DNA of 64,000 bases, taken from contig NC_043002.1 in the NCBI RefSeq assembly GCF_006345805.1, positions 19,654,001 to 19,718,000 on the forward strand. Direction: 5' to 3'. This document shows positions 13,005 to 27,149 of the stretch, piece by piece (positions within the stretch are counted from its first letter, which is position 1; the number at the start of each line of letters is the position of its first letter). This DNA comes from Octopus sinensis (lineage: Eukaryota). The translations under genes were made by a program, and so were the position numbers. Below the pieces are notes generated by a model. That model was not told the DNA's origin, searched no databases, and saw nothing but the letters and a program-made list of their open reading frames with translations.

Positions 13005-13223
13005 CAGTAATCCCATGACTATTGTGGGTGGTACATTCCAAAATCCCCATAAGTGAAAATCCTTGAAGTAGAAATGGTACTGTGGTGTATTTTTTAAAAT
13101 TATTTTTTATAATTTGTAAATATTTATTTTATTAAAAATGCAAAACAACACCACAGAGGAATCGATGTAAGCTTAAATAATAATCCGTGATAGGTGAACT
13201 GCGATATGGCAAGGGGGTTACTA
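13005..13223. mobile_element. Tigger/pogo-like MITE
   Basis: TA|CAGTAATCCC...GGGGTTACTA|TA imperfect TIRs. The subterminal sequence resembles the end of the Tigger fragment at about 50210-50260. Confidence 0.55.
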
Positions 13224-13458
13224 TACAGGGAAAAGCGTTTCGTTTCATTTAAATATATTAGAAACAAACTATGGTCAAGTTTAACCTTACAAGTATTTTT
13301 TCTATTTCCTTACTAGTCCTTTAAATTTAGTCTGGAATAATAGCATTCCTAAATTCATTAGTTCATTGATAATTGAAGACATTCACTGCCTCGCCATAGT
13401 GTAGTGATGATATACTTTGAAGTTAAGTTCATGGGAATACTGTTGTAATAGACAAGGT

Positions 13459-14278
13459 CATCAACATCATCATTTAGCGTCCGTTTTCCATGCTAGCATG
13501 GGTTGGACGGTTCAACTGGGGTCTGGGGAGCCCGAAGGCTGCACCAGGCCAGTCAGATCTGGCAGTGTTTCTACAGCTGGATGCCCTTCCTAACGCCCAC
13601 CCACTCCGAGAGTGTAGTGGGTGATTTTATGTGCCACCGACACAGGTGCCAGACGGCTGGCGAACGGCCACGCTCGGATGGGTTTTTATGTGCCACCGAC
13701 ACAGTGCCAGACGAGGCGGCAGACGGCCACCTCGGATGGTGTTTTTATGTGCCACCGACACAGGTGCCAGATGAGGCTGGCGGACGGCCACGATCGGTGT
13801 GTTGTTACGTCCCCAAAGCACGGAGGCCAGTCTATGCGGTACTGGCTACGGCAGTTCGGATGATTTTCTTGTGTGCCACCGGCACTGGTACCACAAAGAT
13901 ACAAATTCCATTGAGTTCACTATTTTGATTTGTTTTGATTTGATTTTCACTTGCCTCAACAGTTCTTCACAAGTGTCACAAGAGGAAGGTATGCACAGGT
14001 GGACTGACTACGTCCCAGGTAGGGGCCACGGGTTATGGCCTGACTAGTCTTGCCGGGTCTTCGGATGGTGTTTTTATGTGCAACCGACACAGGTGCCAGA
14101 TGAGGCTGGCGAACGGCCACGATCGGATGGTGTTTGTTACGTGCCCACAGCACGGAGGCCAGTCGATGCGGTACTGGCTACGGCCATGTTCGGATGTTTT
14201 CTGTGTGCCACCGGCATGGTACCACAAAGATACAAATCCATTGATGTTCATCTATTTTGATTTGATTTGATTTGATTT
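13459..14278 (-). mobile_element. RTE-type LINE 3' UTR copy with ~58-bp unit array and internal ~215-bp duplication
   Basis: (CAT)n tail and GGATGCCCTTCCTAACGCC motif. TTTTATGTGCCACCGACAC units are repeated, and 13733-13945 recurs at 14061-14278. Confidence 0.8.
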
Positions 14279-14410
14279 TTTTAACACTGGGTTAAAAAAA
14301 ATTATACAGAAATTAAGTCCTGATGGATTTCCTGATTTTTGGTTTGTATTTTGCTATCAGTAAGGCTTCTGTATAATTCATGAGCAGGACAAATATCCGT
14401 CAAATGTAAA

Positions 14411-14614
14411 TACTCTTTACTCTTTTACTTGTTTCAGTCATTTGACTGTGGCCATGCTGGAGCACCGCCTTTAGTTGAGCAAATCGACCCCGGGACTTAT
14501 TCTTTGTAAGCCCAGTACTTATTCTATTGGTCTCCTTTGCCGAACCGCTAAGTAACGGGGACGTAAACACACCAGCATCGATTGTCAAGCAATGCCAGGG
14601 GGTCAAACACAAAA

Positions 14615-14669
<55 letters not shown>

Positions 14670-14792
14670 TACGACAGGCTTCTTTCAGTTTCCATCTACG
14701 AAATCCACTCACAAGGCATTGGTCGGCCCGGGGCTATAGCAGAAGACACTTGCCCAAGATGCCACACAGTGGGACTGAACCCGGAATCATGT
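14411..14792 (-). mobile_element. SINE family A copy (head truncated)
   Basis: Same body and tail as 11366-11730, with an internal (TA)n tract. Confidence 0.85.
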
Positions 14793-15214
14793 AATTCTCT
14801 TTAGTTTTTAATTGTACATAAAACTGTTGTGCTGTCAAGTGATGTTTCTACATTCTGTGTACTTTATTACAAGGTATCCTGTGTTGTTTATCTCTAAATC
14901 AGGGATAAACTTTAAACTGGTCAAAATTCTACCTGTTTTGCATTCAAACTAACTGGATCCAGCCTCTCACACCTATTCTACAATGACATTCGAAAAATAA
15001 ACAATCACATCACTGAGATCTCAAAGCTTCAATACAATTCATGATTGATTTAAAACACAAATAAATAAGCATTACATTTAACCAATTAATCTGAACACTA
15101 AAGGGTCAAAACAGTAAGGGTTGATTTTGAGGGGGAAGGATTTGGTTGTTGTTTCTAACAGATCAAGTGACAATAGAGAGAGGCTCTTGTTCATGTGAAG
15201 AGACAATGTAGAGT

Positions 15215-16320
15215 AAAATAGAAATTGCCACATGGGAGTGCCAAGACAGAAATTTCCATGTAGGAGTTTCCTCATCAGAAATTGTGACATGGGAGTTTCA
15301 AGAAGGTAATTTTGACATGTGGTTTCAAGAAAGAAATTACTACATGCAAGTTTCAAAGCAGAAATTGTCACATGGAGTGCCATGATAAAAATTGCCTCAT
15401 GGAAGTGACAAGACAGAAATTGTTACATGGGAATGACAAGATAGAAATTGCTGCATGGGAGTAAGTGCTAAGACAGAAATTTCCACATGGATCAACATCA
15501 GTGGGAATTGCAGCTGTGGTTAAGCGAACCATCCGATTGTGGTTGTTGCCGGCGCCGCCCCGTCTAGCCTCCGTGTCGGTGGCATGTAAAAGCACCATCC
15601 GTTTGTGTTCGTTGCCAGCCTCGCCTGGCCCCCATGCCGGTGACACGTAAAAGCACCATCCGTTCGTGACTGTTTGCCAGCCCTGTCTGGCCCCGTGCCG
15701 GTGACACGTAAAAGCACCATCCGTTTCGTGGCCGTTTGCCAGCTCTGTCTGGCCCCGTGTTGGTGGCATGTAAAAGCACCATCCGTTCGTGTCCGTTGCC
15801 AGCCTCGCCTGGCCCCCGTGCCGGTGACACGTAAAAGCACCATCCGTTTCGTGGCCGTTTGCCAGCTCTGTCTGGCCCCGTGTTGGTGGCACGTAAAAGC
15901 ACCATCCGTTCATGTCCGTTGCCAGCCTCGCCTGGCCCCCGTGCCGGTGACACGTAAAAGCACCATCCATTCGTGGCCGTTTGCCAGCTCTGTCTGGCAC
16001 CTGTGCGGGTGGCACGTAAAAAGCACCCACTACACTCACGGAGTGGTTGGCGTTAGGAAGGGCATCCAGCCGTAGAAACACTGCCAGATCTGACTGGGCC
16101 TGATGAAGCCTTCCAGCTTCACAGACCCCAGTTGAACCGTCCAACCCATGCTAGCATGGAAAACGGACGCTAAATGATGATGATGATGATGATGTGACAA
16201 CATAGAAGTTTCCACAGGGGAGTGCTATGACATAAGTTGCCGTATAAGAATCTCAAAATAAAAATTGTCACATGGGGAGGCCAAAAAAGAAATTGTTGCA
16301 TGGAATGCCATAACAAAACA
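15215..16320. repeat. Degenerate ~28-bp minisatellite (AGAAATTGCCACATGGGAGTGCCAAGAC-like), split by an insertion
   Basis: About ten units at 15215-15490 and about four more at 16195-16320, on either side of the RTE 3'-end insertion. Confidence 0.7.
15491..16194 (+). mobile_element. RTE-type LINE 3' UTR copy with an 8-core, ~61-bp tandem array
   Basis: AGCACC core at 15591, 15652, 15713, 15775, 15836, 15898, 15959 and 16022, followed by GGCGTTAGGAAGGGCATCCAGCCGTAGAAAC and a (GAT)n tail. Confidence 0.85.
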
Positions 16321-16782
16321 ATGGAAGAAGAAGAAAAATGCTGTGGATCTTTTTAAAATATTCATTATTTTATTTCTTTAATTAATATCTTTTCTTCGAC
16401 ATGACATGTCAGAAGGTAACAGTGGGGCAGGGAGGAGAGGTTACGTCTCGCAGCAGTAAATCTGGTAAATAAGAACAAACTGACACAAATACATTAAAAA
16501 AAAAAAAAGAATTTGGAACAAAAGACAAACAATAAATACAAAAAGGAAAACAAAAACAGACATGCAAGTATGTGTGTATACACGTATATAAATATATATA
16601 CACACTCATATATATTATATATATATGTGTATATATAATATGCATACATGCGTGTATATGTGTATGCATTTTCATAGACAATTATTTTTATGTGTGTATA
16701 TATGTATATTTATAAACACAACTGTGTATATACATTATGTCTATACATGTGTGTGTATGTAATATATGTATATATATATATG

Positions 16783-16815
<33 letters not shown>

Positions 16816-18109
16816 TTTTCTAGTTTCAGCTCAGAGCTGCAGCCATGCTGATGCACCGCCGTTTATATATATATATATATATGCATGCACATACATGAAA
16901 AAAATATTCAATAAATTAAAGTCTTGTATTTCTTAATAGTAATAATAATGTTAAAATGTTTTGACTGCAAAGCTTATTTTTTGGTCTGGCTTTTGACAAT
17001 CACTGGCGAGATTTGACTGCTATTTCTAGCAGATCTTTTACATGGTTCTCTTTGTGGTTCTTTTTTTTTTTCATTCTCTTCTCTTTTAGTGCTATCTTTC
17101 TTTCTTACTTTTTTTTTCCCTCAATATTTATTGTTGTTGTTGCTACTGGCTTTATTTAAACAATCTTGACAAGAAAACCACCACCAACAACAACATACCA
17201 ATATTTCTCTTTTTTGAATCTCAATACAAGGCCAACTTTTTTTGCAGGAGTAGGCAAAAAGAATAGACAAAGTTGACACCTACCCCACATTCTAGCAATA
17301 TTTACTGGTTCTTATTTCATCAACTCCTCCCCTAGTAGAATTTGAACTTGGAATGAAAGTGGGGGAGAAAACTAAATACTGTTGAATTCACTTCGACCAA
17401 CAGTCGTTTTTGTGTCTCGTCCATTTTCACCACCTTCAACAACAACAACAGCAGCAACAACGAAATAATGATAATAATAATGGTTTCTTATGCAGGCACA
17501 AAGCCTGAGATTTTTAGGGCAAAGGAAGAATCTTAAGAGAAATGTTTTAACATTAATACCTTTCCAAAAGTTTTAGTGATTTAAGGTGAAATGAAGCAGT
17601 TCTGACTGGGAACTGAAACCCCTCCCAAGAACTTGCAACTTTCTTCTACTCTATGGTGCTTGCTCCACAACATAAACATCAAAAAATGATTTTTTTAAAC
17701 AAAGGCACATGGCCTATGAGGAGCAGTCAATTATATGAACTTTCAGTATGACAGGTATTTATTTTATCCACCCCAGAAGGATGATACCACTGTTTGCCAT
17801 CTTCACCACCTGGACCATGGGTACTTTTAGCAGAGTTCATTTTGTTGTAAGCATTTGAGTCAGGTCTTTGATTTAAGGATAACTTATTCCCTTCCTCCTA
17901 CCAATCACAGAAGCCTTGAAAAAGGGTCATGGATACTCCTCTTTTACTTCTTAAAATGAAAAAAAAAAGGAAATAAAAGAAGGGAAAAAATGAGGAATTG
18001 AGGGGGCAAAGACAATCATGATAAGGTTTGGACTTGGAATGTAAAAATATATAACTGAATATTGCTTGCCCCTTAACCAACTCTGTCATTCACCACCATT
18101 ACTATAATA

Positions 18110-18481
18110 ATAACAGCACTCAGAGGGTGCAAACTACTGCCAAGGCAACACCAATGTCTTCTCAATGATTAACCAGAGATGATTTTTAAAATGAGAATAT
18201 CTGAAATAAACTTGACTGCTCTCACAAACGAGAATACTAAAAATGAACCCAACCACTCTCAAATATTAAGTAAAAAAAAAAACAGGAAAAATAATCCAGA
18301 ATCATTGTCTGGTACCGGATTGATCCCAAAATCTAATCAGTTTGTGCCAGTCCCAAGGCCAGACATCCCTGAAAGTTTCATCAGAATCCATCCAGCAGTT
18401 CTTGAGATATCTTGTCCATCGACAGACAAACAAACATGACTGAAAACAATACCTCTGCCTTCGCTAAGGCGAAGGTAATAA
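18110..18481 (+). mobile_element. Helentron-associated (HINE/DINE-like) non-autonomous element
   Basis: Starts TAACAGCACTCAGAGGGTGCAAACTACTGCCAAGG, carries a GACAGACAAACAAAC tract, and has a terminal hairpin CCTTCGC-TAAG-GCGAAGG (18458-18475) before TAATAA. Confidence 0.6.
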
Positions 18482-18741
18482 TGTTTTCTTTCTTTATAAC
18501 AATGTTGTTATAAGAAAAGAGAAAAGGAGATCTAGTAACATTCAAGTCTTTTTCTGAAGGCCTTATCAATGTAATTCTTGGACAATGTCCCTCAGCTATG
18601 AACTTGACACTGATTAAGATTTTCTTCTACACTGTTGTTGAAAGCTAGATGATTGTAACTAAAATAATTATTATTTCTTATATATACAGGTCCCAATATT
18701 TGGAAGTGGGCAGGGTGGGTGGGGATATAGTTAATTATATT

Positions 18742-19714
18742 TATTTCTTTATTGCCCACAGGAGTCTAAACATAGAGGGGACAGACAAGGACAAATGGAT
18801 TAAGTCAATTACATCGACCCCAATGCATAACTGGTACTTATTTAATCAATCCTAAAAGGATGAGAGGCGAAGTTGACCTTGGCGGAATTTGAATTCAAAC
18901 CGTAAAGGCAAATGAAATGCCCCGAAGTATTTTGCCTGCCATGCTAATGATTCTGCCAGCTTACTACCTTAATAATAATAATAATAATAATAATAATTTT
19001 CTTCTTTTGACTAGACACTATGATTAATTGTATATAGAGGAACAATATATTTATTGAACACATAGCATAATCTTATTGCTATATGTTGCATCAGAGGTAG
19101 AAAGTAAAAGAGTGACAGGTGAGATTTGAACTCACAATGAAGACTCTCTAGTTTTCCCTATGTTGTTTGCTGCACTGCTAATTGTACCACCACCATATTT
19201 CTAATGTAGGCTACAAGTAGGAGAAGGGGTTCTCAGTCAATTTCACCAACTCCAGTTACTTGACCTTGCTTATTTTAAATGATTCATATATGAAAAATAA
19301 AGTTGACATGAGGACAAAATTTAAATACAAAATATATAGGAACACAGCTAACTCTCACAGAGTATTTAGATTTAGTCTGATACTCCACCAATTCTGACAC
19401 TCTACCACCATACTCTTCCTCCTCCTCCTAATTAGATGCAAAGTCTCAAATTTTATGGGAGGGAACAGTCAATAATATCAACTCTAGCATGATTTGAGCT
19501 CAGAATATCATGGAATGCACTCAGCTAAATATAGTGTGTCATTTTGTACTCTAATGATTCAGCCAACCCATAACACAACAGCAATAATAATAATAATCCT
19601 TTCTACTATAGGTACAAGGCCTGAAATTTGGGGCAAGGGGTTAAGTCAATTACATCAACCCCAGTACTCAACTGGTGCTTAAGGTAAAGTCAACCCCAGC
19701 AGAATTTGAACTCA

Positions 19715-19748
<34 letters not shown>

Positions 19749-21118
19749 TTTATCATTTTGGCACAATGCCAGCAGTTTTGAGGGAGGGTAAGTTGATTGC
19801 ATCAACCCCAATATGTAAATGGTCTAGAAGGAATGAAAGGCAAAACTGAAGATTTGAACCCAGAATGTAAAGTGTTGGAATAAATGCCTGTAAGCAATTT
19901 ATCCAATATGCAAATAATTCAACCAGTTCACTAACTTAATAATTCTTTCTACTATAGGCACAAGGCCTGAAATTTTGAGGGAGGTGGATAGTTGATTACA
20001 TCAACCCCAAAAGGATGAAAGGCAAAGTTGACCTTGGCAGAATTTGAACTCAGAACATGAAAACAGATGAAATACCACTAAGCATTTTGTCTGGTGTTCT
20101 AATGATTCTGCCAGCTTGCCCTTCACTGCCTTAATAATAATAATAAATCTTTCTAATTTTGGCACAAGGCCACTAATTTTTAGGGAAGGGATTAAGTTGA
20201 TTACATTGACCTCAGTATTCTACTGGTACTTATTTTATTGACCCCAAAAGACAAAGTTAACCTCAGCAGCATTTTAACTCAGAATGTAAACAGTCAGAAA
20301 AAATGCTCCAAAGCATTTTGCCCTGCGTGCTTATAATTCTACCAGCTCACTGCCTTAATAATAATAATAATAATAATAATAGATGATGAATAATAGTAGT
20401 AGTAATAATAATGATGGTTTCAAATTTTGGCATAAGGCCAGCAATTTCAGAGGAAGGGTGTAAGTCAGTTACAGTGACTCCCAGTGTTCAAATGGTACTT
20501 ATTTTATCAACCCTGAATGGATGAAAGGCAAAGTCAATCTTGGTGGAATTTGAATTCAGAACATAAAGATGGACGCAACGGTGCTAAGCATTTTGCCCGG
20601 TATGCTAATAGTAATTGTGTGCTAAGGACTAAGTAAAAAAGGTTAAGCCTAGTACTTAAATTATTGATCTTCCGAGAGACTAAAGACAATATTAGATTTC
20701 TGAGTAATTGAACCTGGATACTGGTAGAACAAAACTAAATATTCTTTTCTACTCTAGGCACAAGACCCAAATTTTTGGGGGAGGGCGCCAGTCGATTAGA
20801 TTGACCCCAGTATGCAACTGGTACTTAATTTATCGACCCTGAAAGGATGAAAGGCAAAGTTGACCTCGGCGGAATTTGAACTCAGAACGTAAAGACAGAC
20901 GAAATACCGCTAAGCAGTTCGCCCGGCGTGCTAATCTTTCTGCCAGCTTGCTGCCTTAGAACAAAACTAAATATTGCAATGCAGTGAGTCGTCTACATAA
21001 CCATTATTACCCTTGCCCATACTAATAACAATATCAAGGATTTATAAATTTGGCACAAAGTCACACAGATTGATGGATATTGTTGACAGACTCAACTTCT
21101 GTACATGATTAATATGTG

Positions 21119-21159
<41 letters not shown>

Positions 21160-21515
21160 AACCCTGGAAGGATGAAAGCAAAATTACCCCCAGAGGAATT
21201 TGAACTCATATTCCAGAGAGGTGAGACTAAATACTAAACAGTATTTAGTCCAATGTTCTACAATTTCTGCCATTCCATGACTCTTGAATGTTGAAGATTA
21301 TACTAGTAATACTACTACTAATAATAATGGTTGCAAATTTTGGCACGGGGCCAGCAGTTTTTTGAGAGGAGGGAGAAGTTGATTATATCGACCCCAGTAC
21401 GTCACTGGTACTTATTTTATCAAATCTGAAAGGATGAAAGGCAAAGTCGGCCTTGGAGAAATTTTAAGTCTGAATATGACAGTGTACTAACAACGCTGTC
21501 AGCTTGCCACCTTAA
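18742..21515 (-). mobile_element. Cluster of about 9-10 co-oriented Nin/Deu-domain SINE copies of different ages, separated by (TAA)n
   Basis: Repeated GGCACAAGGCC...GGTACTTA..ATCGACCC.GAAAGGATGAAAGGCAAAGT...GGAATTTGAACTCAGAA blocks. The copy at 20744-20956 has a 19-bp TSD TAGAACAAAACTAAATATT. Confidence 0.85.
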
Positions 21516-21526
21516 TAATAAGGATG

Positions 21527-21573
<47 letters not shown>

Positions 21574-21685
21574 CTCTAACTTTGGCTCAAGGTCACAGGT
21601 TTAGGGGCAGGAAAAGGAACCAACAATTAATTCAAACCCAGTGTTAGTCAGGCATCAGTTTTTGCCATTCCACCATCTTAACAAA

Positions 21686-21731
<46 letters not shown>

Positions 21732-22054
21732 GTAATTAGAATGTAAAGGAATGTTTAAAAAAAAAAATCAAAAACTAAGAAAAAAAAATTACAAAAAAAA
21801 CCCAGAAAACGAGAAAACAAAAGCAGAATATCCATTGAGGTGTAGGAGGGGACTTAAGGAAGCTGGGTAGATAAAAGGTGGGTAGGTTCTGGATGTAGGT
21901 ACAATTGATGAAGAAGTTATGCATACATATAAGCTACACACCACATGACTGCCACCTTAGGTTTGAAGACAGAGAGAGAGAGAGAGAGAATGTAATACAG
22001 ATAGCTTCTCACTCTCTCTCTCTCTCCCCCTCTCTATAAATATGAAAGCAAGAG

Positions 22055-23510
<1,456 letters not shown>

Positions 23511-23834
23511 ATATTTCTTTCTTCAGTTTTGTTTCCCCTTCTTTGCCTATCATTTCTTTATATCTACAATTTTTACATCTCGTGTGTATGTACACGTGCA
23601 CATGTGTGTGTATGTGTGCATCAAAGGATATAATAAGTTAGTTGTGCTCCCCTTATTGCAGTTTCAGCATTCATGAATTATTCAAATGGTATACATTCAA
23701 CTATATGTTAGCATTTGATTAATCCATAATGGTAAAATTGTGCAGTAACTAACCTGCTTTACCATTTAGTATACACATATATACATATACATTTACCATC
23801 TCCTTCTTAAATCAGTTTTTCACCAAATGATGGA

Positions 23835-24295
23835 ATCATGGTTGTGCTAATATCGGTTGTTGTTAGGATGGTTAAAGAGTTAGTGTAAGAGATGGCTGTA
23901 TGTTGTTGGCAGGGACGGTTGTATAATTGTTGTTGTTGGTGTTAGGGGTGTTTGTATGGCTGAATTTAACCCCAAATCTACCCTGATCAAGCAGACATAT
24001 GATCAAAGCAGTCTGACCATGACCATCCAACACTTGTAGGGGGATTTGTATTGGACAAATTATCTAATGTATTTTTGCTTTAACGATTGTAAGGTGTAGT
24101 TTGAGAGTAATTTGTCTGATATTTCTAGCAGCTCAATCGACCACATATAGACTCCCTTGTTGTTTGTTAGGGGTGGCTCTATGATTGCTGTGTGTACTGT
24201 TAGTGTAAGTGGTGGTTGTATGGTTGGTATTAGGAGTAGCTGCACAGTTGGTGTTAGCAGTGGTTGCATGGTTGCATGTTGAGGGTTGATCAGTT
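23835..24295. repeat. Degenerate ~24-bp tandem repeat in the channel 3' UTR, interrupted by an old repeat fragment
   Basis: GGTTG(T/C)ATGGTTGGTGTTAG-like units recur at 23835-23960 and 24155-24295. Confidence 0.5.
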
Positions 24296-24308
24296 GGTAA
24301 CGTCAGAA

Positions 24309-24559
24309 TCAGTTGAGGTTTGACTGGTCAACAGCACTGACAGCTGTAAACTCGGGCCTCATTTGACAGTTCGGGTCGTCATCGACTTGCTGTGTGTATT
24401 TTGGCCCATGTGGTGTGTCTGCAGGACGGAGTATAGCCCTCTCCTCCTCTTGGTTGTGGTCACTCTTCAAGTAGAAATGGAAGCCCAGGTTCAGTTCCGG
24501 AATCTCATACATCACTGTCAGGGTTAGCATCATCATGATCAAGCCAAATATGAGGTATC
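24309..24559 (-). CDS. KCNK1: Two-pore-domain K+ channel (TWIK/KCNK1-like), coding exon 4 (M4 and C-tail)
   Basis: Acceptor TTCATCTTCAG, phase 1. Encodes (G)YLIFGLIMMMLTLTVMYEIPEL...QSNLN and a TGA stop ending at 24309. Confidence 0.85.
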
Positions 24560-25114
24560 CTGAAGATGAAAGGGAGTGAAAGTTAGAGGATGAGTAAGAG
24601 TACAGGAGAGAGAGAGAGAGAGAGAGAGAAAGAAAGAAACAATGAAAATGTGTGTCTAACAACAAGAATAGATGGGGTGTGTGTAAAAAAAAAGCTGATG
24701 CATATGTATGTGTAAAAAAGAGACAGAGTTAATAGTGTATGAGCTTATATGTGTGTGGGAAAATAGATAGTGTGTGTGTGTATGCTTGTGTATGATAGAA
24801 GAAATGGATGTTATTTGTTTGAGTGTGAATGGCGGAGTGTGAGAGAGAAAGAGAAATGTATAAAAGTAAATGGTTGTGTATAAAAGAAAGACAAGAAGTA
24901 AGAGAATGTATGTGTGGATAAATCATCAGAATAAAAGAATTTTAATGATAAAACTGATTCAAAATTTGAATGATACAAAGAATTGCAATTCTTCTAATGA
25001 AGTGAAATCACAATCACACACATACACACACACACTCCTATATACATATAGCACACACACTCTTATATACATACAGCACACACACGTACATACACACACT
25101 CCTATATACATACA

Positions 25115-25450
25115 GGTCCGCCTGACTGGCTCCCATGCCAGTCGTACATAAAAAGTACCAACTGACTGGCTCTTGTGCTGGTGGCATGTAAAAAGCACCA
25201 TCTGAATGTGATCGATGCCAGGCCTGCCTCCTGTGCCAGTGGAATGTAAAAAGCACCCACTACACTCTCAGAGTGGTTGGTGTTAGGAAGGGCATCCAGC
25301 TGTAGAAACCCTGCCAGATCAGATTGGAGCCTGGTGCAGCCGCTGGCTCTCCGGATCTCAGTCAAACCGTCCGACCCATGCTAGCATGGAAAACGGACGT
25401 TAAACGATGATGATGATGATGACGATGACGACGACGACGACGACGACGAC
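25115..25450 (+). mobile_element. RTE-type LINE 3' UTR copy with three array cores and a (GAT)n/(GAC)n tail
   Basis: AAAAAG(T/C)ACC cores, GTTAGGAAGGGCATCCAGC and CCATGCTAGCATGGAAAACGGACGTTAAACGATGATG. Confidence 0.8.
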
Positions 25451-27149
25451 TATGTATGTGTCTGTGTTAATAATGAACTAGAAGAAAAACTATACAACAC
25501 AGGGAAGGTGGATATGCAATTCCTTTTAACAGAATTTGTTAAGAAAATTAGTAATTACTTAACCAGAATTTACGATAGCACATGACACTTCAGCTTTGTT
25601 GTTGACAAGACTGTGATATGAAATTACAAATGAGATATCGACATCATCAAAACACTGAACAAAAGCTTGTAAAAGTTAGCTATAGTTGCCATCTCAACAT
25701 AGACTTGCAAATATTTAGCTATAACAAAAGCGTTAGGAACCACCATCCACAATTTTGTAACTAGACATCCTTTGACTGCAGTTCTCGAAACAACAGATGT
25801 CATGTGGAGGAGCTATTGTAAGGAGCCTACATTTCTAATGTTGATACGTTGGATTAACAGGAAATACCTTCAAGGAAAGATTTGCATAGCATAGAGCTTT
25901 ATTTAAAAAGTAGAAGCAAATGAAATACCACTGTGTATATAACTGTGTACGTAAAAGTACACAGTTATATACACACAACATACATTTGGCTTCAAGCACT
26001 ATTGTATTCCCTTATACTAAGCTTTATACCAATATTTTATGTCATTTATTCTCATATTTATTTTATTTCATTCTCTTCTCTATTTATACTTTATTCCTAA
26101 TATATATATTCGAAGTTTCAAAAGAGGTAGAAAATCTGCATTAAGTTAATTTTCGTATTACGCTGCAAACAAGGGAAACAACTAACGCTACAATTCCACA
26201 ATGATTATTTCCCCTCACACGTCCATATGTGCTTCTCAGTCTCCTCTTTTTCTACGATAGCATGAGATAAACGAATACATTATCTCAGCATCGTTTTACA
26301 GCAAGATGCCCTTTCTGTCACTAACCCATACCTGCTTTTCAAGTAAAGGATCTATTATTTCATACATCTTTGAAGGTGCAAACCAAAGGCTGAAACTTTA
26401 ATGACATCTGTGGAATGAATTTTCTAAAATTCAGTTCCAGCAGAATTTGAACTCAGAATGTTGAGGTGCATTTAAGATATCAAGGTCGCATACATCAGAG
26501 TTGCCTGCTTATTAAAATGCGCATGCGTGCGTGCGTCTGTGTGAAACTAATACTGTTGTCTGGAAGTATTGATTTTTCACGTTAGTGTTAATTACTTATA
26601 CTCTGTGTGTATGTGTGAATGTGTACATCTGTGTATAAATGCATGGTTGTGTTTGGGTATGAACACATGAGTATGTGTCCGTCTGTCTGTGTATTGTCTG
26701 GTTATAGTGTGAAGTGTATCAGCCTTCAATGGTTATACACTATGTGTCAGTGTTGAGTGTGTGTTTTTCAGTATTCAATGGTTGTATAGTCATTAATGTC
26801 TAATATATCTACACATCCGTTCATTGTGTTAGCTCGATGTAGAATGTCTGTACTTGATCTCTTCAAAAAATCCTAACAAATCTAACACACAGATAAAGCC
26901 AGTGTCCTCATAGTTAAAGTATATCATAGTTAAAGAATATCACAGTTAAAGTATATCATAGCCAACAGCAAAAAGCTAGTTCAGCTCTTTTGATATCAAT
27001 ATGCCTGAGATCACCCCTGGCTCTGTAATGACAAACCCTCCATTTTCAAGTGCTTATATTTAGATCTGATTCTTACATCAGAGTAAGAATCTTTTGTTCA
27101 GTTGTGCACCCACCCCCGTCTTTATAATAGTTATTATTATTATTTTTTT

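Noticed and set aside
15520-16030. True CRISPR array
   Set aside because: Eukaryotic context with no cas genes. The inter-core segments are homologous to each other and alternate rather than being unique spacers.
15368-16144. 258-aa repetitive ORF and overlapping ORFs as genes
   Set aside because: They are by-products of a stop-poor GC-rich tandem array and are open in several frames on both strands.
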